64,000 nt of DNA from Eledone cirrhosa (taxonomy: Eukaryota), in the NCBI GenBank assembly GCA_964016885.1, contig OZ024745.1, forward strand, positions 5,456,001 to 5,520,000, written 5' to 3'. The notes under the pieces were generated by a model, which saw only the letters and a program-made list of their open reading frames with translations, had not been told where the DNA came from and ran no database searches. The position numbers and the translations under genes are program-made. This document shows, in pieces, positions 14,121 to 24,339 of the stretch. Position 1 is the stretch's first letter. Each line of letters opens with the position of its first letter.

Positions 14121-16280
14121 CTACAGGTTTATATACAGAGAAGGCCCATTCACTCGGGTCATTTTCGCCACATTCACCCACCTTTCAGTGAATTTACTGG
14201 GGTGTAGCACCTCTCTTTCCACTCTCACCTTCCTTCTGAAGTGGTACTTAAAGAAGGGGATAAGTTGTTGTCCAGAGAGAAAGGTGTTTGCCCTCAGTCC
14301 TTTTAACCTCGTCCACCATACCTCTTTTGCCATAGCCACCAGACAGAGGAAAACCGCCTCTCCTTCATTCTTAAATGAAGGCAGCAGTCCTTCCGTCCAG
14401 CGTCCAATGATGCTGTCAGATTGCATGGGTTCGCCTCTCCATGTGCCGATTTGCAAACTGACAGACTTTTTCAGGTTTTGCTCCTGTCAACGTTTTGTAT
14501 TCCTTTTGACACCATTATAGTCACATCATTGGCGTCATCCAATGTTGCTTTTTGCAGTCCTGGTTCCATCGGGAATCCCTGCAATAGCTCCTACTTCCGT
14601 AGTAGTGGCTCGAGATTCAGAACATACAGAATGGAGGGGAGAGGGCATCCTTGATGGATGGAACACATGTTATGGAATGGCTCCGATAGGTAGCCATTCA
14701 CCTTGACTGCCGAGCAGATGTTGCTGTGCATGGCAGCGATCCAGCCTCTGAAGACGGGACTGAAACCAGCCGCCTTGAGAATCGCTTCCAAGTATTGATG
14801 GTTGACCCTATCAAATGCCTTAGACTGATCTAAATTGATGAAAGCCCCACCGAAGCCAGGTTTACACCATACCCTCTCTATGATGTATCACATGAGGTGG
14901 AGGTTGTCGTGTATGGACCTGGTCAGCATTACACATGTTTGGATTTCCCCACCAGGTTCTCGATGATGAGTGCCAGCCTCATTGCTAACACCTTGACCAA
15001 AATCTTCAACTCTGTGTTGAGCAGAGTTATGGGCCTGAAATTGCTTATCTCATCCCCCTTGTTCTCATCTTTCCTGATCAGCGTTACTATGCCTCTGCCT
15101 ACAGAACTGGGAATTCTCCCATTCTGCTGCCAGTTGCAGTAGACTGCTTCGAGGATGTCAGAGAAAAAGTCTGGCATGCCTATGTAAAACTCATAGGGTG
15201 GACCATCTAGACCGGGTAATTTGCATTTCCCACAGCGGCCTAAGGCGTCTTCTATTTTGCTTGCTGTGATCGGCCTTTTGCAGCTCTCTGCATCCCTGTT
15301 CGAGAGTCGTGGTACGCTGTCGAGGTAGGAACTGAAATCCATCACCCAGCTCAAGATACAGCTTTGCCCAAACAGTTGTGCAAAGTGTTGCTGGAAGGCC
15401 GTGCACATCTGCTTGGATATATGCGTCCATCTTGGTTTTCCAAAGACCGGATTGTGGATTTGTGGCCACTTTTTGCCTCTGCCACTTGGGCCCAGCAAAC
15501 AGCTTTGGCTCCATCATTTCTCAGAGCATGTGTTCTACTTCTGACAATACAATCTTCATGTTTCACATTGAAGAACTGTAGGATTTACGTGTTGGGAGCG
15601 ACATGTTTAGCTTCCAGTATCCGGGTCCCTGTTTATGTGTTCTATCAAGGTTGATTATGCAGGTCACTAATTTTGTGGTCTGAATAGGCAACCATGTGCA
15701 TTTGTGGACAGTTTAATGTTTCCTTATCATTTTGTCTGATTAGAAATCTATCTAAATACGATCTAGAAGACTAAATGCACCACGTTCACAGTGGTGCACT
15801 TGGGAAATCTAGTCGATATCTATCAGCCAGTTGGAATTGGCTGATGAGATTTTTGAGGCTATTACACCCCCCTCTATTATCACAAGCCTCTACATAGTCC
15901 CAACGTGTGTCTAAGATACCAGTCTAGTCTCCCACTAACACTAAAGAGTGAGACGTTCCTAAGAATGACTCCAGATGCTTGAAGAAATCTGGTCGCAATG
16001 TCCCAGTCAGCGCATATAGGGCCACCAGTATGAAAGCTCAACTTTCACTACTATTCACGTCTAGGACCACAAAATTGCCCTCCATATCCAAATAGATTGT
16101 CTGTACTTTGAGATCCAGGTTTTTTTGAAACAAAACAGTAACTCCTCCTCCACCTCCTGGCTGACAGAGAGATGCGTAAATCTCAAAGTCATCGAACATG
16201 GGGGTTAACTGCTGCTTGTCATGAATCCTAGACTCGTTGATGGCTATCACATCTGCACAGTGTGACCTGAGGTCATTTAA
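14121..16280 (-). pseudogene. LINE ORF2 (APE endonuclease and reverse transcriptase), frameshifted and internally deleted
   Basis: Endonuclease motifs: DVIAINESR, GGGGVTVLF, GNFVVLDV and an SDHK motif near 15670-15685. RT motifs: PGLDGPPYEFY, NFRPITLLNTELKIL, LDQSKAFDRVNH, QGCPL. C-terminus AKEVWWTR...FTERW. Confidence 0.88.
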
Positions 16281-16295
16281 AGATTGACTCTGAAG

Positions 16296-16475
16296 TGTCT
16301 GGTGGTGGTGATTGTTTTGTTGAAGTGTCTGGTTGTGGTGGCGGTAGTGGTGGTGGTGGTGGTGGTGGCAGTGGTGGTGGTAGTAGTGGTGGTGGTGGTG
16401 GTAGTGGTGATTGTGTTGGTGTGGTTGTCGTTTATGGTGGTGGTGGTGGTGGTGGTGGTTGTGGTGGTGATTGTG
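16296..16475. repeat. (GGT)n-type microsatellite at the ORF1/ORF2 boundary of LINE copy 1
   Basis: Directly visible. Reads as poly-Thr on the element strand. Confidence 0.88.
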
Positions 16476-16544
16476 TTTATGTCAGTGTTGGGTGTATGCC
16501 TGTTTTCTGTGGATGTTTTTGTTTTTGTATTTTTTCTGTCTTTT

Positions 16545-17970
16545 TTATTTCTTGGATTTTTGGGGTTCCTCTTCATCCGCACTTGGAGATGTAGAGGTTC
16601 CCGTGTCTGAGGCGTTATCATTGGAGGTATGTGGGAGGGCTATGTTGTATGGTGGTGGAATGTTTGTGTGTGTGTTTGTGAAAGTGTTAGACAGAGAGGA
16701 AAGGGGTAGGATAGAGTCCTTCAAGGGAATGTTTGGTGTCGTGTCTTTTGTGGTTTGTGATGGTGGGGTGGATGTTGATGATTTTGGGGTTGTGTTGTTG
16801 GTTTTTGGGTGTTGCTGTTGAGGTTTGGGTGTTGGTAGCAACACCTTGCTTGGTTTTTCTGTGTTCAGCATTGGGCAGAATGTTTTTATATGTGTGTCTT
16901 TCCCACATTTAAAACACTGTGGTTTTCTGCCCTCCACTGATGTGTATAACGTGGTTGTTATCAACAGGTACCCTTTCAATTCTTTCTGATCTCATTTGAA
17001 CCAGGAGTTCCACTATGGTCCCATTTCAGTTATACCTGGTTGACTTCTTTACAAAGAGGAGGGTGTCTTCACCCTCCTCCAAAAAGCCACCCAGGATCCA
17101 CCAAATGTTGGTGTTCGGTGGGATCTGGGACACCTTTATCTTGTGTGTTCTTCTTCCCATGTATGTCAGGAAGAAGATGTATTGGCTCGTTTTGATTGGA
17201 GCCACCGAATATTTCTGAGCGAGGGCCTTGCTTTTGAAGAACACCGAGATGCTCCCATACTGGTTGGCCCCTGAAGGTAAACAATGTCTGGCATTGCCTC
17301 CCTCAACACACTTTCTATTGTGTTATGAGGCAAAGATGTTGGTTTCCTTGATTCTATAGACACCGTTCTATAGAAGATCGTTTTCCTTAGGTCCTAACCT
17401 CAGGTGGGGTGTTGATCCAAAATCCATTCCCCTCGAAAGTTATATTTGTGCAGCGTCCTTTAGGTACTGCACTTTATTTGTAATGTCTATTTCGATGAAA
17501 TCGATTTCTTTGACAATTGGCGCTGCAAATGTTTTTGTATGTGTTTGATTTCTTTCACCGTTGTTTTTGACGTTTTGGTTGTTATTTTTGTTGTTATTGT
17601 TTTCGTTTGCTCTCAAGTTTGCCGTCAAGTTTGTCGTCATGGCAATATTTGTTGTGACGTCAACAGTGTTCAGTTGGCCGTAAGCAGACCTAGGAATGTG
17701 TCTATTACCCAAATGTTGGGGTGGGAGTGTTGGCTTTGCCTTGTTATCTGCTGCTATGAAAGGGGAAGGCTGTTGTGGTAGCAAGCATAGCTGCCCCTTT
17801 CCATTTTCTTGGGTTGACAAAGAAGGTGTCTTTTCTTCGGCCATTTTTTGAGAATTAGCGATAATTTGTGTACTAGTAGAACTAGTAGAAGGCATAATGT
17901 CTTCTTTTAACCACCTCACCTTTCCAAGAGCATTCTGTGTTTTTAAGGAAGGCAACGTTCCTGTTAACAT
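16545..17970 (-). pseudogene. LINE ORF1 (gag-like zinc-knuckle protein), disrupted
   Basis: ATG at 17970 and several broken frames. PQCFKCGKDTHIKTFCP zinc knuckle in ORF 16545-16979, followed by a Pro/Thr/Ser-rich tail. Confidence 0.75.
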
Positions 17971-18180
17971 TTTTAATTTTCAAAATTTCAAAGCAAATTT
18001 TCGCCAGTAAGGGCTTGAAACTTAGAGAAAGAACCACATGAGGTTTCAGGGTGTTGGTTTATCTTTAAAGCAATGTAATAAAAAATTTACAAATATCAGA
18101 TTTTCTGGTAGAAAATTAAACAAAAACTCACCAGTGAGCCGTCGTATGTCTACCCATGTGGTTGAGATAGATAGATAGAT

Positions 18181-19910
18181 TTCTTTATTTGCCACAGGGG
18201 TGTACAAGGGACATTACAAGACGTGACAGCAGGGGTTTTATATAAAAATAACTTTAACATTAATAAATAACAAACTATATATAATAAAACAATTGTAATC
18301 CCCAATAGGGGGGAACGTTACTGCAGGGTTGTTTTACACCCCGTGGATAGAACAACCCTCGACACCTGGAACAAGTTTTGTAGGTGTTCCTGTCTTCTCT
18401 ACAGGTTTATATACAGAGAAGGCCCATTCACTCGAGCCATTTTCGCCACATTTTCAGCGAATTTACTGGGGTGTAGCACCTCTCTGTCCACTCTCACCTT
18501 CCTTCTGAAGTGATACTTAAAGGGGATAAGTTGTTGTCCGGAGAGAAAGGTGTTTGCCCTCAGTCCTTTTAACCTCGTCCACCATATTACCTCTTTGGCC
18601 AGAGCCACCAGACAGAGGAAAACCGCCTCTCCTTTGTTCTTAAACGAAAGCAGTGGGGTGATCCTCACGGTGGACTCGGCTGACAACTGGATGCGTCCCA
18701 CAAGTGACAGCAGCTGTTCGACATAATTCCACAGGTCGGTTACCCCTACCACTGAACAATTGTATGCAGAACGGTTACAATGTCCTGCTCGCATCTTGGA
18801 CAGGTCCTTTTGGCAGGATCTCTGCCAGGGCATCTGTGCCTGTAGATTTTGTCTCGAACTGGTAGAGCTCCTTGGTAGCACTGCCAGGCCAGAGACCTCT
18901 GGAAGTTATCCATAGGCCCTGGAGGGAAAGTCCTCCTGGACAGACTTGTCAGTTCGTCCTCCTCGATGCCTAGAGTTTCCCCGAAAACGTTGTCACACCT
19001 ATCCTCCACTAATCCCCTATAGAATGTCGAAGTGGAGTCTCTGCTGATTGCCGTTTCCGCTTGGTAGAGGGCTGTGAGTGCCTGTAGGCACTCGAGGTGC
19101 CAGGCACCCATTTTCGGTCTTCGCTTGACCCAGGACTGCAGCTCTGTTAGTGAGACGAGTTGTGGATGAGTTTGTCTCACAAACGACAGCCACACCGGTT
19201 CACCAGTCAGGAATACCTGGAGATGGCATAGCCTCAGCGCATGTTTGCGCATCATCAGCCACGGCATGCCCAACCCTCCGTTAGAAGGCTGTTGACGGCA
19301 GATGGATCTCCTCACCAATGGAGCCTGTTTCTTCCAGAGGGACTTGAAGAGTAGGCGTTCCATTTTGTTAAGGTATTCGCGGGGACAAGGCATGACTGTC
19401 AAGCGGTAGTAGATGACGGACGCTATGTAAGTGTTCGCCACCTCCGCTTGACCTTTCAAGGAGAGTTTGCACTCAGCCCACTTCTGGGTGAGTGCAAACA
19501 CCTTCGCTGTGACCTCATTCCAGTTCTTGTCCACCTGGAGGTCTGGACCAAACCAGACCCTGAGCAATTTCACCGGTCCTTCCGTCCAGCATCCAACGAC
19601 ACTGTCGGAAGGCATGGGTTTGCCTCTCCATGTGCTGAGTTGCAAACTGACAGACTTGTTTGGGTTTAGTCTTGCTCCTGTCAACGTTTCGTATTCCTGT
19701 AATAGGTTGCCGATTACCCCGATTTCCGAGGTTTTCGACACCATTATGGTTACGTCATCAGCATAGGCCGACACTGCTTTCTGCAGTCCTGGTTCAATCG
19801 GGATGCCCTGCAACAGCTCCAACTTCCGCAGTAATGGCTTGAGAGTCAGTATATACAGAATGGAGAGGGCATCCCTGACGGATGGAATGCACGATGGGTA
19901 ACCATTCACC
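18181..19910 (-). mobile_element. 5'-truncated L1/Tx1-clade retrotransposon (copy 2, same family)
   Basis: 387-aa ORF 18746-19909 with AYADDVT, LSLKGQAEVAN, GGLGMP and C-terminal CPRC..TVLH zinc-finger remnant. Same 3' UTR as copy 1. Homology to copy 1 stops abruptly at CCATTCACC (19910). Confidence 0.93.
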
Positions 19911-19966
19911 TAGATAGATAGACAGATAGATGGGTATGTAGATAGATGTGTAGATAGGTAGATAGA
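19911..19966. repeat. Degenerate (GATA)n microsatellite at the 5' truncation junction of LINE copy 2
   Basis: TAGATAGATAGACAGATAGAT... begins immediately after the LINE sequence. Confidence 0.9.
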
Positions 19967-20119
19967 GTGTTTACACAACTGCCTTCTGTTTTAAATTAGA
20001 GGCCTAAATCCTGTCATATGAGTTAACCAAGGAATCATCTATATGGTTGCTCAACCTGCTAGAAAAAGCAACTAAATCTACTACAGTCTTTAAAAATGGA
20101 GGTATAAATACACGTTATT

Positions 20120-20400
20120 GTCTTTTTCATTCCCTCTGTGTAAGCATGTCACACTTCCTACGTTCTTCCCACATAATCTATACTTATTTGTTTTATCTGG
20201 ATTATATATATTCCCTATCACGTTTGTGTTTAGTGTTTCATCTTGAGCAGCTATTAATAAACTTTCTGTCGCTTTTAAAATCACCTTTTGTCCACCAGTT
20301 CCGTGAGGATTCTTCTTTTACTTCCTTTATTACTCTTCCAACCATGCTGAGGTCTACTCTCCCTTGTGTTTCTCAGCTAGCAGTCTCTACTTGTCATTAA
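20120..20400 (-). mobile_element. Old fragment of an R4/Dong-like (restriction-like endonuclease) non-LTR retrotransposon ORF
   Basis: LKATESLLIAAQDETLNTN...KYRLCGKNVGSVT resembles the recalled TE..(I/L)AAQDQ.L.T..CR.C...ET motif that precedes the CCHC finger in R4/Dong elements. Confidence 0.55.
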
Positions 20401-20589
20401 TTTCAGTGTATAAGTCTCTACTTTTGGCAACATAACTTCTCTACTGACCAAATACAAATCTAAAGACTGGCATTCCCTACCACAGTCCTTGTTCTTCTGG
20501 TGGTGCTGTAGTGACATACATTATTTCCTGGGTATTTTAAACTTGGCAGAGTCCATCACCTCTCACAACTTCCAGAGAGAGTGAGGTGG

Positions 20590-20740
20590 GGATGGGGAAG
20601 AATCGCCCCCAGTACTTCACTGGTACATTTGTTTCTATCTCTAAAGGACAAAAGTGAAAGTTGATGTTGGTGAGATTTGAACTGAGAGTCGAGGGAGCCA
20701 GAATCAACACAGAACATTCTGTTGTGACTCTACCAAATTG
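20590..20740 (-). mobile_element. Highly degenerate SINE family A copy
   Basis: CCCCAGTACTTCACTGGTAC..AAAGGACAAAAGTGAAAGTTGA..GAGATTTGAACTGAGA aligns by eye with 13320-13400. Confidence 0.6.
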
Positions 20741-20859
20741 TAGTTTTGTGCTAAGACAACAATAATATATAATTTATATTACTAGAAATAAATGTACTTT
20801 CACTGTATTAACATTGATTGGGAGAGTTGTATCAGATTGTTATTGAATCTCTGTTGTTT

Positions 20860-21110
20860 CTCATGAGAATTAGTTGATTAATGTGTAAGTGGCTGAGCAT
20901 TCCACAGATACGTGCACCCTTAATGTAGTTCTCAGGGAGATTCAGTGTGACACAATCACAACTAATGTTTGCCAGTTGAGTGGACTGGATCAATGTGAAA
21001 TAAAGTACCTTGCTCAAGGACTCCAGGACACAATACAGCATAGGTCTTGGAATTGAACCTATCATATTACAATCATGAGCTGAACACCCTAACCCTAACT
21101 ATAAAGCCAA
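20860..21110 (-). mobile_element. tRNA-derived SINE family B
   Basis: GTGGACTGGA..TGAAATAAAGTACCTTGCTCAAGGAC..GGAATTGAACC. The reverse complement has B-box-like GGTTCAATTCC followed by the GTCCTTGAGCAAG motif common in metazoan SINEs. Confidence 0.68.
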
Positions 21111-21152
21111 TTGAATAATTTCTACAGAACTTTATATTTCTTTCTTTTGCAG

Positions 21153-21311
21153 GAATTGGAAGAAACAATTCAGTCATTGAAGATGCAAGTGGCAGCTCTC
21201 CAGAAACGTATTTCTCTATTACAAAAGGACCGTCGTGAATCTATTAAAGGAATGCATACTCCAGGTTACTCCTATCCAGAACCAATGTTCAAAACAATAG
21301 CTTTACCTTGA
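21153..21311 (+). CDS. CEP112: Terminal coding exon of a coiled-coil protein, probably centrosomal protein CEP112 (CCDC46)
   Basis: Strong acceptor TTTCTTTCTTTTGCAG|G. Peptide ELEETIQSLKMQVAALQKRISLLQKD...ALP* resembles the vertebrate CEP112 C-terminus as I recall it (ELEDTISSLKSQVNFLQKRASILQ). AATAAA downstream. Upstream exons not found in the window. Confidence 0.62.
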   Translation, partial: ELEETIQSLKMQVAALQKRISLLQKDRRESIKGMHTPGYSYPEPMFKTIALP

Positions 21312-21553
21312 TTCAGTTTCAACTTCCCTATAAATTTAAAAGCAACAAAAAACAGAAAACATTCATAAAAACATTTTATTGGGTGGGGGTGGGTGGGTCT
21401 TTTTCTTCTTTTTTTTTTACATACAATACTCTATTTTAAAAAAGGTCATAATTGGTGGATTAGGGTTTAAGGTTTCTTAAGTCTGTATGCCATTGCTATA
21501 ATTAATTGATTCAAGTTAAGCAACTAAGGATATTTTTAGCCCCCTTTTTTACT

Positions 21554-21579
21554 AATAAATTACAAAAAATATGAATAAA
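21554..21579 (+). promoter_or_regulatory. Candidate polyadenylation signals (two AATAAA) of the host gene
   Basis: AATAAA at 21554 and 21574, about 250 nt after the stop codon. The context is AT-rich, so chance occurrence is possible. Confidence 0.35.
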
Positions 21580-21679
21580 TGTCATAAGATAAAAATGAAA
21601 ACAAAGAAATAAGAAAATCTATTCTGGAATGGTATAAATGGTGTTAGAGTTGGTTATGGTGATAGTGTAGCCAGTCTAA

Positions 21680-21815
21680 TGCAGGGTTAAATCCCCAAGC
21701 AATTCCTGGTATTCATTTTCAGCAACATGAAATGAATTGTTTTTCTCAAGAACACAACACAACCCAGTTCAGGAATCAAAACCACAACATTATGATCATA
21801 AGGCCAACACCCTTA
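21680..21815 (-). mobile_element. Degenerate SINE family B fragment
   Basis: TTCTCAAGAACACAAC..CAGGAATCAAAACCACAACATTATGATCATAAGGCCAACACCC parallels 21010-21090. Confidence 0.5.
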
Positions 21816-22178
21816 CTACTATAGAGATCATACTTGAGCTGTATTGAGGATAAGTAAGTTGTCAGGTTTGAATTATATTTTGGTGCTGAAGAGGAAAGTA
21901 ACTTTTTGCTAGTTTTGTCAATATCATCAACGTATGATGATGGTGTAACATAAAACATAATCTTGCTAATCTAAGCATGTTTAAATATCTTTTATTTTTT
22001 ACATTTGATATTTCAGAAATTTTAAACTAAATTATTCAATCAAACTATTTATTCATCTACAAAAGAAAAAAAAATGTAAAATATGGAATTTTATAAAAAG
22101 CTGCAATTAACTCACATTCCTAGAGGATTGATGTCAATTTGATATGCATACACATATAATCAACAAAGTAAGTGGTCA

Positions 22179-22512
22179 ATCATCATCATCATTTAAAATC
22201 TATTTTCCATGTTTAAATAGGTTAGACAGGTGTCATATTCTGAGGTTAGTCTAGTCAGGTGACTGACATACTCATATGTTCCATTCTTGGCTTGTTTTCT
22301 ATGGCTGGATACCTTTCCTAACACCAACCACTTTACAGTTTGTTCTGGGAGCATTTTATCATGACTCTGGGACTACCACCTTACAGAGTGACTAGTTGCT
22401 TTGGTTGTGGCCCTCGCACTACCACCTTACAGGGTGGACTAGGTGCTTTTCATCACGATACCATCACTATCCCTATACAGAGTGGGCTGGGTACCATTTT
22501 TATTGTGGCACC
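22179..22512. mobile_element. Degenerate interspersed repeat with (CAT)n end (SINE/LINE 3'-end-like)
   Basis: CATCATCATCATTTAA..TTTTCCATG and GTTTCTATGGCTGGATACCTTTCCTAACACCAACCACTTTACAG, recalled as an abundant Octopus repeat. Internal partial repeats TACAGAGTG. Confidence 0.5.
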
Positions 22513-22989
22513 ATCAATAACAATAAAAATGAGTCAGAAAGAAAAAAAGCCTGAGTTTCACATAAGAAATCATTTTCTGTTCGACATATTTAACATATTT
22601 CACATATTTAACATATTTCACATTGGTAAAAAATATTACAATCACTCAGAATATATTTTAGAGACTGAAGCTTGTGGATAATTCTAATTATTTTGATTCA
22701 AGGACAGTCAATACATTTGATAACATCATGTAACAGATTTTTATAAAATTCCATCAAGTTTAACATGCTGAATATGAAAATCACATTAGTTTTTGTATAT
22801 CAACAGAGATTTGCATAATAATAATGAAAACACAATATTTATTGTAATTTTAACTACATTATATACCATAGAAATTGTATAATATAATGATCAATCATGA
22901 ATAATCTAACAAAACTGTAATAACTTTGGTCGTACAATGAATTAAAAATAATAACTTGTGAACTGTCATTGTCTCTTGGGCGTCTCTGC

Positions 22990-23200
22990 TATCTGCTCCA
23001 GCCAACTTCCAAATATAATCATCCATCATTACCTCATTCTACCTTCCCTGGTATCATTTATCCAACTTTATCTTCTGATGGAACTCTTCATCATGTTCAT
23101 GAAACACAACACCAAAATTTGGTCAGAAAAAATTCCAAATAAAGTTATTTTCTTACAGAGTTTTGGATAGAAGAATCTGCTTCTCCTGTGATCCAACACA
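22990..23200 (-). pseudogene. Relic of a Chapaev3-like (CMC superfamily) DNA transposase C-terminus
   Basis: Manual minus-strand translation gives LEFF/PNFGVVFHEHDEEFHQKIKLDK*YQGR*NEVMMDDYIW. This matches the recalled consensus LDFFPENLGAVSDEHGERFHQDI..MEKRYQGRW...MMADYCW. Confidence 0.65.
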
Positions 23201-24085
23201 ACAGCAATAACTTTTGTGTTGGTGTCAGGTAAGATAACTTCTCCTGTTATCCAACAAACACAACAGCAATAACTTTTGTGTTGGTATCAGGTAGAATAAC
23301 TTCTGTTATCCAATACAACAGCAATAACTTTTGTGTTGGTATCAGGTAGGATAACTTCTGTTATCCAACACAACAGCAATAACTTTTGTGTTGGTGTCAG
23401 GTAAGATAACTTCTCCTGTAATCCAACAAACACAACAGCAATAACTTTTGTGTTGGTGTCAGGTAAGATGACTTCTCCTGTGATCCAACAAACACAACAG
23501 CAATAACTTTTGTGTTGGTGTCAGGTAAGATAACTTCTCCTGTGATCCAACAAACAACAGCAATAACTTTTGTGTTGGTGTCAGGTAAGATAACTTCTCC
23601 TGTGATCCAACAAACACAACAGCAATAACTTTTGTGTTGGTGTCAGGTAAGATGACTTCTCCTGTGATCCAACAAACACAACAGCAATAACTTTTGTGTT
23701 GGTGTCAGGTAAGATAACTTCTCCTGTGATCCAACAAACACAACAGCAATAACTTTTGTGTTGGTGTCAGGTAAGATAACTTCTCCTGTGATCCAACAAA
23801 CACAACAGCAATAACTTTTGTGTTGGTGTCAGGTAAGATAACTTCTCCTGTGATCCAACAAACACAACAGCAATAACTTTTGTGTTGGTGTCAGGTAAGA
23901 TAACTTCTCCTGTGATCCAACAAACACAACAGCAATAACTTTTGTGTTGGTGTCAGGTAAGATAACTTCTCCTGTGATCCAACAAACACAACAGCAATAA
24001 CTTTTGTGTTGGTGTCAGGTAAGATAACTTCTCCTGTGATCCAACAAACACAACAGCAATAACTTTTGTGTTGGTGTCAGGTAGG
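23180..24085. repeat. 62-bp tandem repeat AACTTCTCCTGTGATCCAACAAACACAACAGCAATAACTTTTGTGTTGGTGTCAGGTAAGAT, ~15 copies
   Basis: Period 62 in the homogeneous right half, with shorter variants at the left edge. Confidence 0.95.
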
Positions 24086-24339
24086 TTGACTTCACCAACA
24101 ATCAAGTCTATCAAAGAATCCACCAACAATATGACCCTAACATCAAGTACAAGTGTCAACTTGGTTGGGATATGTCACATGAGTCACAAGTGAGAGACAC
24201 ACTAATCAGGTCCTATATTGGAATCCCCCCCCCCCCCATGGAAAGAGGCCAAGAGGACATCCCAATATGAACTGGAGACAGACAATCAACAGAGACCTGA
24301 AACCTGTCGAAAGTTGGAACGATTTATTGATAGATAAAG

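Larger units (their letters stand above)
13893..18164 (-). mobile_element. Near full-length but decayed L1/Tx1-clade non-LTR retrotransposon (copy 1)
   Basis: Has a 5' UTR, ORF1 fragments with a CX2CX4HX4C knuckle, APE endonuclease motifs, RT motifs, and a 3' UTR ending AATAAAGAAAAA on the minus strand. The 3' part is homologous to 18181-19910. Confidence 0.9.

Noticed and set aside
13880-19925. Target-site duplications of the LINEs
   Set aside because: Cannot be resolved inside GATA repeats.
21087-21099. CCCTAACCCTAA telomere-like motif
   Set aside because: Only two units, lying at the 5' end of the SINE.
24269-24279. GAACTGGAGAC match to the 52-bp satellite next to the giant array
   Set aside because: An 11-bp match without extension is too short to show common origin.
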